A stretch of 63,596 nt of DNA, filler included, from 5 parts of 5 records of this genome joined end to end with filler, not necessarily neighbours in it; one strand, 5' to 3'; shown: positions 20,331 to 31,124, numbered from the whole stretch's first letter. The notes: generated from the sequence alone by a model not told the origin. Program-made: numbers and translations.

Positions 20331-21680
20331 ATGATTATCGAGCAGTTTTTCGACAAAGGCCTGGCACACAGTTCTTATGCCGTCATCAGCCAGGGTAACA
20401 TGGCCGTCGTTGATCCGGCACGCGACCCACGCCAGTACTACGACTTCGCCGAACGGCATGGCGCTACGATTACAACTGTTATTGAAACACATCCACATGC
20501 CGACTTTATCAGTTCACATGCGCAGATAAAAGCCGAGACGGGTGCAACAATTTACGCGAGCGCACTGATTGGCGCAGACTACGAACACGCGCACCTGCAG
20601 GAAGGCGATTCTATCCAGCTGGGCGATATCAACTTAAACATCCTGCACACGCCGGGGCATTCGCCGGACAGCATTAGCATTGTACTGCTCGACGCTGCGG
20701 GCAAACAACATGCCGTGTTTACGGGCGACACCTTATTTGTTGGTGACGTCGGCCGGCCGGACCTGCGCGAAGGCGTCGGTAATTTACAGGCTAAACGCGA
20801 GGAGCTGGCGCGCCAGATGTACCATTCAACGCGCGAAAAGTTAATGACGCTGGACAAGGAAACGATTGTCTATCCGGCGCATGGTGCGGGTTCACTCTGT
20901 GGCAAAAATCTGAGCCCCGATCTGCACAGTACCATTGGTCGCGAGTTGCTCGAAAACTACGCGCTGCAGCCGATGAGCGAGGAGAAGTTCGTAGAAGTGT
21001 TAACCGCCGACCAGCCCTTTATTCCCAAATATTTTGGGCACGACGTGGAAGTTAACAGGCGCGGTGCACGCAATTATGCTGAAAGCATTCAGGCCGTACC
21101 GCGCTTTGAGGCCGGAAGCAGGCTCAAAAACAATGCGATTGTGGTGGACACCCGCCCAGCCGCCGCATTCCGCAGCGGGCACAGCGCAGGCGCGTTTAAC
21201 ATTCAGAATGGCGGTAAGTTCGAAACCTGGCTGGGCTCAATTATCGGCCCCGACGAGCAATTTTATCTGATCGCCGACGACAGGGCCACACTTGACAGCC
21301 TGATTGAAAAAAGCGCTAAAATTGGCTACGAGACAAACATCAAAGCCGCCGTAGTGTTTGACGATCTACACGACGACGACAAAAACAATACCTCACCAGA
21401 CCTTAATCTGGAAACATTTAAACAGTCGCCGGAGAGCTTCACGATTGTGGATGTGCGCAATCACGGTGAAATCAAGGACGGCAAGTTTTTCAGCGCGGCA
21501 CATGCGGCTCCCCTGCCGGAATTACGCGAATTGGCACGCGACCTGCCACTTAACAAAAACATTCTGGTGCACTGCGCGGCGGGTTATCGTTCGGCTGCAG
21601 GCGCAAGTATTATCCAGGCTGCGGTTGGTGATGCGGCGCGGGTTTATGACCTGGGCGAGGCGATTAACGGGTTCAAGTAA
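20331..21680 (+). CDS. Persulfide dioxygenase-rhodanese fusion (CstB-like MBL fold)
   Basis: THPHADF, HTPGHS, GDVGRPDL, PAHGAGSLCG and two rhodanese-like domains, the last with HCAAGYRS. Confidence 0.9.
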   Translation: MIIEQFFDKGLAHSSYAVISQGNMAVVDPARDPRQYYDFAERHGATITTVIETHPHADFISSHAQIKAETGATIYASALIGADYEHAHLQEGDSIQLGDINLNILHTPGHSPDSISIVLLDAAGKQHAVFTGDTLFVGDVGRPDLREGVGNLQAKREELARQMYHSTREKLMTLDKETIVYPAHGAGSLCGKNLSPDLHSTIGRELLENYALQPMSEEKFVEVLTADQPFIPKYFGHDVEVNRRGARNYAESIQAVPRFEAGSRLKNNAIVVDTRPAAAFRSGHSAGAFNIQNGGKFETWLGSIIGPDEQFYLIADDRATLDSLIEKSAKIGYETNIKAAVVFDDLHDDDKNNTSPDLNLETFKQSPESFTIVDVRNHGEIKDGKFFSAAHAAPLPELRELARDLPLNKNILVHCAAGYRSAAGASIIQAAVGDAARVYDLGEAINGFK

Positions 21681-21773
21681 AGTTTTTATAAAAGGGCAAG
21701 GGCCCATCTAAACTCAGCAAACAATACAACAATATAATCTGCGATATTTATCGCGGAGGCAAAGGCTAGTATC

Positions 21774-22352
21774 ATGTCTGAAGTAGTAACATTTATCTCT
21801 CAGCCCTGGGCCTGGTATGTTGCCGGGCCGCTCCTGGCGCTGATTATGTTTGCGCTGCTCTACCTGGGCCGCACCTTTGGTGTCTCATCGACGCTGCGCA
21901 CGGCCTGCACAATCGTGGGTGCGGGGCGCACGAACAAGTTTTTTGATTTTAATTGGCGCGATCAGCGCTGGAATATCGTGTTTATTGCGGGCGCAATTGT
22001 TGGCGGATTTCTGGCTTCTGCGTGGTTAACAAATCCGCAAGCCATTGATGTGGCGGCGGCAACGCAGGCGGACCTCGTCGCTCTGGGGGTAATCGAAAAC
22101 CACAATTCTGAATTAAACATTTTACCCACAAGCCTGTTCTCCTGGGAGGCGCTGTTAACTCTGCCGGGCATCCTGAGCATGGTACTTGGCGGCTTTCTGG
22201 TGGGCTTTGGCGCGCGTTACGCCGGCGGATGCACCTCGGGCCACGGCATTATGGGGCTGAGCAATTTGCAGTGGCCTTCGCTCCTGGCGGTTGTTGGCTT
22301 CTTTATTGGCGGCCTGCTGATAACCCATGTAGTTTTTCCAGTAATTCTATAA
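21774..22352 (+). CDS. YeeE/YedE sulfur transporter subunit
   Basis: GVSS and GFGARYAGGCTSGHG motifs. Confidence 0.92.
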   Translation: MSEVVTFISQPWAWYVAGPLLALIMFALLYLGRTFGVSSTLRTACTIVGAGRTNKFFDFNWRDQRWNIVFIAGAIVGGFLASAWLTNPQAIDVAAATQADLVALGVIENHNSELNILPTSLFSWEALLTLPGILSMVLGGFLVGFGARYAGGCTSGHGIMGLSNLQWPSLLAVVGFFIGGLLITHVVFPVIL

Positions 22353-22367
22353 ACAGAAAGAATTAAC

Positions 22368-22787
22368 ATGTTAATACGATGTTTAAAATTTGGATTAACC
22401 GGCGTGCTGTTCGGCATTGTGCTGACCAAAGCCGAGATTATCTCGTGGTTTCGCATTCAGGAAATGTTCCGTTTTGACTCGTTCCACATGTACGGCATCC
22501 TTGGCTCGGCGGTGGTACTCGGCGCAATTATTGTGGCATTGATTAAACACAAAAAACTACAATCTATTGACGGCGCGGACATTACAATCAGCGAAAAGGC
22601 GCGCAGCATTCCACGTTATCTGCTTGGCGGAATTCTGTTTGGCGGCGGCTGGGCTTTGAGTGGTGCCTGCCCCGGCCCGATGTACACGATGCTGGGCAAC
22701 GGTGTGGGCGTGGCGAGTGTTATGATCATTTCGGCGATGGCGGGCACATGGGTTTACGGCATGTTGCGGCACCGTCTACCACATTAA
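22368..22787 (+). CDS. YeeE/YedE sulfur transporter partner subunit
   Basis: SWFRIQEMFRF and LFGGGWALSGACPGP. Confidence 0.92.
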   Translation: MLIRCLKFGLTGVLFGIVLTKAEIISWFRIQEMFRFDSFHMYGILGSAVVLGAIIVALIKHKKLQSIDGADITISEKARSIPRYLLGGILFGGGWALSGACPGPMYTMLGNGVGVASVMIISAMAGTWVYGMLRHRLPH

Positions 22788-23113
22788 ACAGGCAGAGCGC
22801 TGCGCCCCTTCATCGACATTTCGGTGGCTTACTTTTTCTTTTTGTTATCCACTGTTGCAGCAGCGGCGGGTTGTTAATCTGGGAGGCTTTTGGCTGTTGA
22901 GACCAAAGAATTTGAGATTGAAGGCAGACTCAAGAACTTGAGAATTGGGGCTGCGGGACCAGCAAAAACACAAACCAGCCACCCAAATGCAATGCCGGGA
23001 GGCGCAGTGCTCTTACAAGGCAAGCCGGAAGAGTTAACGACGGCGAAGACGCTCAGGAATCAGATGGAAGTTAATGTACCCACACATGCGCGCATCGGTG
23101 AAGAAAATGCCAT

Positions 23114-23410
23114 TTAACGAACTATCTCAAAATGACTGAATTCGGCCGTGGCAGCATCCCAGTCAACATCCAGCTTAGTGACGGATGACGTGGGCGGCCC
23201 CTGACGCACTTTTTCGATAAAACTTAACAAATGTGTGTGGCGGCCTTCTGCAAGAATTTCGACCGTGGCATCGGCGAGGTTGCGCGTCCAACCAGTGAGA
23301 TCGAGTGAGAGAGCCTGCTGTAAGACGAAGTAGCGGAAGCCAACACCCTGCACACGACCGTGCACACGAATATTAACTCGAGAGTTTTCTGTTGGGGCGG
23401 AATTGTGCAA
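23114..23410 (-). CDS. acyP: Acylphosphatase
   Basis: GRVQGVGFR, GWTRN and GPP. Confidence 0.93.
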   Translation of the reverse strand: MHNSAPTENSRVNIRVHGRVQGVGFRYFVLQQALSLDLTGWTRNLADATVEILAEGRHTHLLSFIEKVRQGPPTSSVTKLDVDWDAATAEFSHFEIVR

Positions 23411-23488
23411 ACTGTTAACTTTGGGCGGTTAATAAACTTTTTGTGGATGGGTTATTGCGACTGAGATTGAGTGTATTACTTGAGCAAT

Positions 23489-24355
23489 TTAGTTCAGCAC
23501 GACAAACGAGCGTGCCAGGACTGTTTCGCCAGTATTTGGATCGGTAATCAGGACCTGGTAAACACCGGCAGAAAAATCAGCGACTTCAATGCGGACTTCA
23601 CTGGAGTCGGAAGGTGAAAGGCGTTGTTCGGATTTAAGAGTGCCACGCATATCGCGAACTTCCAGATCCTGCGCAGATGTGCGTGCAGGCGTCTCAACGA
23701 CGATATAATCGATAGCAGGCTGTGGGTACAAGCGCAGAACCGGCGCTGTATCTGCTTCGGAATCGACACTGGTGTTAACACCTTCAAACTTGAATTCTTC
23801 GGGTTCGGCAAAGGCGGCTTCCTCTTCCACAAAACGAATTGTGAATGGCGGAATGGCATCGTATTCGGAAATGGCAGACTTAAACAGATCACCGTTAAGC
23901 CAGCACAAGCCACTTTCTCCCTGGGAAATGCTGATACTGGTCAACGAGACGGAACAGACAACTTCGCGGGACATCGCCGGGATGTAAATTGCACGTTCGT
24001 TAAGGTCAGCTTTGCTGGCCACTTCCGGCGAAATGAGACTGATGAACAGAATACTGTCCTGCTGAATGCTGGTGTCGTATTCATACCAGTCCAGCACGTT
24101 ATCGTCGGGATTCGTGGCTACAACGCGGGGGTTGGCAAAGAATGCATTGTGGTTAAAACACAGGACAAAGTCACTTTCGCTCAGGTAAATATCGGCCTCA
24201 CTAATGTTAAAGAGGCTAATTTCAAATTTGAGCGAGTTGCCTTCGGTACGTTGATTTTCAACCGACAGAATAAAGCGCTGCATTGAAGTGGCTTCGGCAA
24301 AGCTGAGCACACCCAGGAGCAGCACCATGCAAATATTAAACAAGATTCTTGGCAT
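23489..24355 (-). CDS. Secreted protein with T9SS type A C-terminal sorting domain
   Basis: Signal peptide from the ATG at 24355; LYPQPA...DMRG...AGVYQV...SFVVLN tail. Confidence 0.8.
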   Translation of the reverse strand: MPRILFNICMVLLLGVLSFAEATSMQRFILSVENQRTEGNSLKFEISLFNISEADIYLSESDFVLCFNHNAFFANPRVVATNPDDNVLDWYEYDTSIQQDSILFISLISPEVASKADLNERAIYIPAMSREVVCSVSLTSISISQGESGLCWLNGDLFKSAISEYDAIPPFTIRFVEEEAAFAEPEEFKFEGVNTSVDSEADTAPVLRLYPQPAIDYIVVETPARTSAQDLEVRDMRGTLKSEQRLSPSDSSEVRIEVADFSAGVYQVLITDPNTGETVLARSFVVLN

Positions 24356-24509
24356 TGTTCTTACCTGCTGCATGGGCCTTGTTAACACACCTAGTACACG
24401 TGTCTGCAAGGCAGAGTTAGGACACCAAAACTCGTATATGCGCGTTGGGGGGACGGACGGCGTGGCGTTGGAGAACGCCACGCTTTCTACTGCATCAATC
24501 GCTGAGCGC

Positions 24510-25370
24510 TTATTTAGTTACCATAAAACTGGTGCTGCCGACCTGGATGTCGCGCGAATCAGTTACGGTTACCAGGTAGGCACCGGCGGGAACTTCGCTG
24601 GGCATTTCAATCTCAGTGATTTCGGCCAGGCCATTAGTCAGGCGGCGGAACGACTGCACCACACGGCCGGAAACATCAATGATTTCGATTGACAATTCTT
24701 CAAATTCGCGGCCTTTGATCGTCAGGTTGTAGACATCGCGGACCGGATTTGGATACACTGTAATGATCGATTCAACGACGCGGTCGCCTGGGCCGCCGGT
24801 ATCGCCGTCACATATTGAAGAGCCTTCGTCAATATTAAATTCGCGGCGGCTGAAGGGCGGAACGTTGGGATATGAAAAGACGGTGGTGCGGAAATTGCGC
24901 GCACTGCCAAAACGAACATCACTATCGACGCTGCGGTCACAGATTGTGGACAGGACGACCTGAAAGAGGCGACGTTCCTGATCCTGCGGAATCTGCAGGA
25001 CGCGGTCTGAAATAGTCGTGACGTCGTCTTCAACCAGTGGGGCTTCGAATGCAAAGCCGAAGGCGTTCTTCGTCATCTGGCTGAAATCGGTTATCGAAAA
25101 GTCATAACCCAGCAGGCGCAATTCGTTGTCGAGTTTGATATCGGGCAGAGCGGCGTCACAGAAATGGCTGAGGTTGTACTGGAAGATGAAGTCGGACGTA
25201 GCCAGGTTAAGTGGCTCGGTTCCGGTGTTTTTCATGTACACGTCAAAAACGACAGTATTGCCAACGGTCGTTTCACCGCGGATGCACAGTTGATAACGTG
25301 GCTGGGCGAGTACACTTCCAGTGGCACAGACCAGTGCGAGCAGAAACCAGATCATTTTTTGCTTTAGCAT
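24510..25370 (-). CDS. Secreted protein with T9SS type A C-terminal sorting domain (paralogue of the adjacent gene)
   Basis: Signal peptide from the ATG at 25370 (VLA|QP); VYPNPV..IIDVSGR..AGAYLV..FMVTK. Confidence 0.85.
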   Translation of the reverse strand: MLKQKMIWFLLALVCATGSVLAQPRYQLCIRGETTVGNTVVFDVYMKNTGTEPLNLATSDFIFQYNLSHFCDAALPDIKLDNELRLLGYDFSITDFSQMTKNAFGFAFEAPLVEDDVTTISDRVLQIPQDQERRLFQVVLSTICDRSVDSDVRFGSARNFRTTVFSYPNVPPFSRREFNIDEGSSICDGDTGGPGDRVVESIITVYPNPVRDVYNLTIKGREFEELSIEIIDVSGRVVQSFRRLTNGLAEITEIEMPSEVPAGAYLVTVTDSRDIQVGSTSFMVTK

Positions 25371-25726
25371 ATGTAGTTCTCTTCCAGAATGTAGCAATCC
25401 CCGGGCGGCAATCGCGGTAACGAATGGGCTGGAGCGTCGAGGCTGCAACGACGCTCTCCGCAGCGGATGACGGCAAAAGTTCACGAACCGGGAGGCGTGA
25501 AAATTTGACCGGGGGACGGAATTACCAATATTTATGAATTTACGCGATTAATCGCAGAATCGGAAAGCATTTAAAGGGCAGAAAGCCAGTTCAGTGCGCG
25601 ATACCCAATAGTTACCCAACAAATACAGGCCAATTGTGGCATGCGCCAAGGTTGGCCTTTGTTTTCTCCAACAATTTGGCGGTAGATTTTACCGGCATTT
25701 TTGCTGCCGTTGGGCGGCCAGCCGAC

Positions 25727-27163
25727 TCACTGACGCATGAGGGCTTCGATTGCATCAGCGGCACGCGGCAGTCCTTCAGATAGATTGACGTACCCGTCTG
25801 CGGTAATAACGACGTCGTCTTCAATACGCACACCAATATTCCACCAGCGCTCATCACATGGACTGCCTGCGGGAATATAGACTCCGGGCTCGACCGTCAA
25901 CACAAAACCTTCTTGCAGGGATACTGACGAACGTACATCGTGAACATCCAGGCCCAGACGGTGTGAGACGCCATGCGGAAAATACCAGCGAACCTGATCG
26001 TATTCCGTAGTTATACCCAGTTTTAACAGTCCATTCGCAATCACGCGCCCCGACGTTTGGTAGAGTTCACTCCACGGTGTTCCGGGGCGGCAGATGGCAA
26101 ATACGCTGTCCTGTGCCTCAAGCACGAGCTTATAGATTTGGCGCTGCGCTTCAGTAAAAGTGCCGTTGACGGGAAAGGTGCGTGTGATGTCGGCAGTGTA
26201 GCCAAAGGCTTCCGCACCGCAGTCCATCAGAACCAGATCACCATCCTGCGTCTGACGGCGATTATCGATGTAATGCAGGATACATGTGTTCGGGCCGCTG
26301 CCAACAATCGATGGATATCCGGTGGCGTGCGCACCTGCCATTTTGAATCCGCCTTCCATCAGGCCTTCCAGCTGGTACTCCCACATGCCGGCTTCGGCAC
26401 CACGCAGGGTCTCTTCAAACCCAAAAATGGTTTGTTTGACGGCGGTGGCGAGGAGTTCAATTTCGTGTTCATCCTTGATTTCGCGCAACGCATTTAACTC
26501 GTCGCGCAGGCTGCGCAGGCGCACCTGCGGATATTTGGCGTCCAGATAGTCACGCACCAGATTTTCGCTGTAGGTGCGGCTCTGGAAAAGAGGGTTTTCG
26601 ATGTGTTTGCTGGGCCACTGAGAGATGAAGATCGTTGCACTTTGCTCCAACATACGCTTGACAAAATCCTGAAAACCTTCAAGCGGCGCAGTCTCAATTC
26701 CCAGGGCACTCGACAGGCTCTTGAGTGTCGGCTTGGGGCCATGCCAGAGGGCGTCGGAGTCATCGGGCGCCGGCGCAAATAAGAGCTGCGTGGCGCCGGC
26801 TTCGTCTTCAGTGCCGGGCGCGGGTTTGATCAGCACCAGGATGTGTTTGGGTGCGGCGGCGCCGGTCAGGTATAGCAGGTCGCTACTCTGGCGATACTCA
26901 AAATCGACATCGTTCTGGCGATTGCGCGTGTCGGCGCTAAAGAAGAAGGCGACGGAGCTATCGGGCATCTGGCTCAGGAGTTGCTCGCGCCGCAGTTGGT
27001 ACTGTGCGGCCGGCACGCCGCCGGCTTCGATGATGGCTTGGTACTTGGCGCCGGGCGGCTGCGCCTGTAGTGTTGCTGATTGCAGCAGCATTAGCAGTGC
27101 GAATCCGAGCATGCAGGCGCAGGCCGGCAGAATCTGTGAATGCGGACCGGCAGCGCGACACAT
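25727..27163 (-). CDS. pepP: Xaa-Pro aminopeptidase (M24B), probably exported
   Basis: YRQSSDLLYLTG, LHY, DCG...DITRT, HRLGLDVHD, TVEPG and GVRIEDD; signal-like LLMLLQSATLQA|Q; start uncertain (27112-27376). Confidence 0.88.
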   Translation of the reverse strand: MCRAAGPHSQILPACACMLGFALLMLLQSATLQAQPPGAKYQAIIEAGGVPAAQYQLRREQLLSQMPDSSVAFFFSADTRNRQNDVDFEYRQSSDLLYLTGAAAPKHILVLIKPAPGTEDEAGATQLLFAPAPDDSDALWHGPKPTLKSLSSALGIETAPLEGFQDFVKRMLEQSATIFISQWPSKHIENPLFQSRTYSENLVRDYLDAKYPQVRLRSLRDELNALREIKDEHEIELLATAVKQTIFGFEETLRGAEAGMWEYQLEGLMEGGFKMAGAHATGYPSIVGSGPNTCILHYIDNRRQTQDGDLVLMDCGAEAFGYTADITRTFPVNGTFTEAQRQIYKLVLEAQDSVFAICRPGTPWSELYQTSGRVIANGLLKLGITTEYDQVRWYFPHGVSHRLGLDVHDVRSSVSLQEGFVLTVEPGVYIPAGSPCDERWWNIGVRIEDDVVITADGYVNLSEGLPRAADAIEALMRQ

Positions 27164-27441
27164 TGATTTGAGATTTTTGACTGGATGGCTCGCCGCTGTA
27201 GCGGGGCTTTTGGCGGGGGTATGTAACATTTGTCTCATCAATTGTAAAGTATAATTCTGCTGAGGGACGCGCCTGCGGCTTGCGGCAGATGTTGCCTTGT
27301 TTTCCACCTGAGTAAATTTCTGTAATTTTCGCGCTGCGTTGCGCATGTTGCGCGCGCAGCTGGATGTAGGATTCACACTAAAATACTTGCCTACTCCACG
27401 ACCTGGGCCTACTCAACGATCTGGCACATCTACGCGGAACC

Positions 27442-28407
27442 ATGAAACCAAAACGGATTGCAATCTTAACCAGCGGTGGCGACGCACCGGGCATGAATGC
27501 ATTTATTCGGGCGGCCTGCCGCAGTGCCTTGCGCGAAGGCTGGGAAGTTTTTGGCGTCAAACGTGGATATGAAGGCCTGATTGAAGGCGACTTCGTCCAG
27601 CTGGACCGCGGCGCCACGGCCAACCGGATTGCGCGCGGCGGCACGTTTTTGGGCACGGCACGCTCTCAGGAGTTCTACACGAGCGAAGGACGCACACGCG
27701 CAGCCGATAATTTACGCAAACACGGCATTGATGCACTGATTGCCTGTGGTGGCGACGGCACTTTTAAAGGTGCGCTGCTCCTCTCCCAGGAGCACAAAGT
27801 ACAGGTAGTGGCGGCCCCCGGAACAATTGACAACGACCTGATTGGCTGTGATTATACGATTGGGTACGACACGGCAGTCAATACCGCCGCCGAGGCGATT
27901 GACCGCATCCGCGAAACCGCGGAGTCACACGGCCGCACCTTCTTTATAGAAGTGATGGGCCGGCATGCCGGTGCAATAGCCATGGACGTCGGCGTCGCCT
28001 GCGGTGCTGAGTTTATTGCCGTACCAGAAACACATACAGATCTGGCACATGTCTGCGCCGGCATTAGAGCTGAAGGCCCCAAGAAACGCTTCATTGGTGT
28101 GATTGGCGAAGGTGACGAAGCCGGTAATGCAACAACAATTGCGCAGACCATGCGTGAAAAGTACGGCATCGACGTCAAGGTCACCATTCTGGGACACATC
28201 CAGCGTGGTGGCTCACCAACGGTGCGGGACCGCATCCTGGCTTCGCGCCTGGGTGTTGCATCTGTGGACGCTGTCCGCGACGGCCAAAGCGAAGTCATGG
28301 TCGGTGAAATCGGCAGTGAGATCGTGTTTACGCCGCTGCCGGCAATTACCGACCGGCACAAGCCAATTCGGCCCGGCATTCAGATGCTGTCCGAGGTTTT
28401 GGTCTAA
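27442..28407 (+). CDS. pfkA: ATP-dependent 6-phosphofructokinase
   Basis: TSGGDAPGMN, GGDG, PGTIDND, EVMGR and LGHIQRGG. Confidence 0.96.
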   Translation: MKPKRIAILTSGGDAPGMNAFIRAACRSALREGWEVFGVKRGYEGLIEGDFVQLDRGATANRIARGGTFLGTARSQEFYTSEGRTRAADNLRKHGIDALIACGGDGTFKGALLLSQEHKVQVVAAPGTIDNDLIGCDYTIGYDTAVNTAAEAIDRIRETAESHGRTFFIEVMGRHAGAIAMDVGVACGAEFIAVPETHTDLAHVCAGIRAEGPKKRFIGVIGEGDEAGNATTIAQTMREKYGIDVKVTILGHIQRGGSPTVRDRILASRLGVASVDAVRDGQSEVMVGEIGSEIVFTPLPAITDRHKPIRPGIQMLSEVLV

Positions 28408-28427
28408 ACAAATTTCCGCGCTATCTC

Positions 28428-29372
28428 TTGACAGATAGCGCACTTCCAACACAAAGAACAAAGCTCTGCATGATCAGTTCTACAGGCACATGTTTTGGCT
28501 TATTTACAAATACGAGCAAACCCGAGGCAATTCGCTCGGCCGAGTTTGCCGTGCAGCTATTGCAGGCTGCGAATGCGCCATGCTGTGTAGAGCCTTCGGT
28601 TGCCAAACACTTTGCGGCCAAAACGCGTGACTACGTACGCGAAATTGAGTTGGACCAGTTCGGCAAGTTTGCAGACGTCATCATCAGTTTTGGTGGTGAT
28701 GGTACGATGCTGGCGGCCGCGCGCTGTTTTCTGGATGCTGAGCTGCCGATCATGGGTATCAACCTGGGCCGCCTGGGGTTCCTGGCTGAGTTTGCGGTAG
28801 ACGAACTTGAGAGTGCCATTTCGGCTGTGCTCAAGGGCGACTATTTACTGGAAGACCGCTTTGCGCTGCATGCATCCTATGGTGATCAGGAAGCATTTGC
28901 ACTGAACGACTTTGTTGTGCATCAGTCTGAGATTGGCCGGATGATAACGCTGCATGCCAGCGTCGACGATGAAACAGTCGCTGAGTATCGCGCCGACGCA
29001 CTGATTATCTCGACGCCGACGGGCTCCAGTGCTTACAATCTTTCAGCTGGTGGCCCACTGATTGCGCCTTCGTGCAGCGTAGTTTGCCTGACGCCGGTTT
29101 CGCCACATGCCCTGACATTCAGGCCGCTTGTGGTGCCCGACACTTCAGAAATTTGCCTGGAAGAATCCTCGGGCCGCGTTGATTGCAGCCTTATAGCCGA
29201 TGGTGTCAACATTGGCACCATCAACAGTGGTGGCAGCGTGCGCATTCGGCGTTCCGACCAGAAAATCAAATTGCTCAAGCGCGCGCAGCGCTCCTATTAT
29301 GACATCCTGCGCAACAAGCTGCTCTGGGCAGCTGACGCAACCGGCAGCGACGCAGGCCAAGAAGACGCCTGA
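28428..29372 (+). CDS. nadK: NAD kinase
   Basis: GGDGT, GRLGFL, LND and STPTGSSAYNLSAGGP; start uncertain. Confidence 0.95.
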   Translation: MTDSALPTQRTKLCMISSTGTCFGLFTNTSKPEAIRSAEFAVQLLQAANAPCCVEPSVAKHFAAKTRDYVREIELDQFGKFADVIISFGGDGTMLAAARCFLDAELPIMGINLGRLGFLAEFAVDELESAISAVLKGDYLLEDRFALHASYGDQEAFALNDFVVHQSEIGRMITLHASVDDETVAEYRADALIISTPTGSSAYNLSAGGPLIAPSCSVVCLTPVSPHALTFRPLVVPDTSEICLEESSGRVDCSLIADGVNIGTINSGGSVRIRRSDQKIKLLKRAQRSYYDILRNKLLWAADATGSDAGQEDA

Positions 29373-29437
29373 CATAATCGCTGACTTCTGAACCCTGGGC
29401 ATATATTTCACATGCCCGGCTGACCCTGGAATACGAC

Positions 29438-30892
29438 ATGGCTCTCGAAAACTATAAGTCCAAAATTCTCTGCACCGTAGGACCGGCTATCAAGTCTGCC
29501 GGCAAGCTTGAAGAAGTCATTCGCGCGGGTGGCAATTCGTTCCGCCTCAATTTTTCGCATGGTTCACATGCCGTCCACAAAGAAAGTATTGACCGCATCC
29601 GTAGCGTCGAGAAAAAACTCGGAATCGCTATTCCGATTATTGCCGATGTCCAGGGCCCCAAGATTCGCGTCGGTGATCTCAAAAATGACGTGATCAGCTT
29701 GATTAATGGCCGCGAGGTTTTGCTCGCGCACGAAGAACATTGGAAACGCATGGGCAGTCCGGAAGACGTGATTCCCGTGCGCTATGAGAGCCTGGCCAAG
29801 GACGTCAAGAAAGGCGACGAGCTGCTGTTTGACGATGGCCTGCTCAAAGTCAAGGTGCTCGAGTCGCAGGACAAAGTGGTTCGCGGACTTGTGGCTGTTG
29901 GCGGCCTGCTCAAATCCCGCAAAGGCATCAACCTGCCGAATGTAGGCATCAGCCAGCCATCGCTGACGGATAAAGATATTGCCGACATCGAGTTCGCTGT
30001 AGAACACGGCTGCGACTACATCGCCGTTTCCTTCGTGCGCACCGCCAATGACGTCATCGCCGCCAAGACGCTGATCCGCAAGCTCAAAGGCAGCCAGAGT
30101 GTGATTGCCAAGATCGAAAAGCCGGAAGCCCTCGTTAATATCGAGGCAATTATTGATGTCAGCGACGCGATCATGATTGCGCGTGGTGACCTGGGTGTTG
30201 AGATTCCTGCCTCACAGGTTCCAACCGTGCAGAAGCGCATCATTCAGTTGTGCAACGAACGCGCCATGCCCGTCATCACCGCCACACAGATGCTGGAGTC
30301 GATGGTGCAGAATCACCGGCCAACGCGCGCCGAAGCCAGTGATGTAGCCAATGCCGTGCTCGACGGCACCGATGCCGTTATGCTCAGTGCCGAGACGTCC
30401 GTTGGCGCCTTCCCGATTGAAGCCGTGGCCTACATGCGCCGAATCTGCACTGAAGCCGAAAAACTGTTTGATGCCTCAGAGGACCGTCATCCACATACGA
30501 TCCTGGCCGAGAACCTGCGCGATCAGGACGCCCTCACAAATTCCGTAGCCCGCGCCGTTGTTGCGATTTCCGAGGAAGTTGCGATCAAAGGCATCGCGGT
30601 CCTGACTTACACCAGTCGTACCGTGCGTTTCGTGGCTCACCGCCGTCCCGGAATTCCGATCGTAGCGATCACTTTGCAGGCGGCAATCGCCCGCAAAGTC
30701 AATCTTCTGCGCGGGGTTTATGCCATTCAGATGCAGCAATTCTCGTCTACCGATGATGCCGTCGAATCGATTAAAACCACTCTGGTGCGTGACAGGCTGT
30801 TTCCTTCCGGCGCTCAGGTGGTTATTACAGTTGGACGCCCGCTGCAACAATTGGCGCGTACCAACATGATTTCGATCGAAAAACTACCCTGA
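29438..30892 (+). CDS. pyk: Pyruvate kinase
   Basis: CTVGPA, RLNFSHG, QGPKIR, AKIEK, ARGDLG, ATQMLESM and PTRAE. Confidence 0.97.
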   Translation: MALENYKSKILCTVGPAIKSAGKLEEVIRAGGNSFRLNFSHGSHAVHKESIDRIRSVEKKLGIAIPIIADVQGPKIRVGDLKNDVISLINGREVLLAHEEHWKRMGSPEDVIPVRYESLAKDVKKGDELLFDDGLLKVKVLESQDKVVRGLVAVGGLLKSRKGINLPNVGISQPSLTDKDIADIEFAVEHGCDYIAVSFVRTANDVIAAKTLIRKLKGSQSVIAKIEKPEALVNIEAIIDVSDAIMIARGDLGVEIPASQVPTVQKRIIQLCNERAMPVITATQMLESMVQNHRPTRAEASDVANAVLDGTDAVMLSAETSVGAFPIEAVAYMRRICTEAEKLFDASEDRHPHTILAENLRDQDALTNSVARAVVAISEEVAIKGIAVLTYTSRTVRFVAHRRPGIPIVAITLQAAIARKVNLLRGVYAIQMQQFSSTDDAVESIKTTLVRDRLFPSGAQVVITVGRPLQQLARTNMISIEKLP

Positions 30893-31124
30893 CGGGCTTA
30901 ATATCACCCGGTTGGCTTGAACGGCACAATTCAAGTCAAATGTTAAAGCATAATTGCCTGCCGGCGGATAGATGACAGTATTTCATTTAGATAATAGAAT
31001 CGCGGCATCCTCGTCAAAATATTGACGGTGTTTTGACGCAAAGTTGACGATAGTGACACATCGGCAATACATTCGGACAATGTGGAATCTTTGTGGAAAC
31101 AAATAGCTTTCCAGGACAGCCCGC

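Noticed and set aside
22890-23117. 75-aa ORF between the YeeE gene and acyP
   Set aside because: TTG start, no motif or family recognised; cannot be supported.
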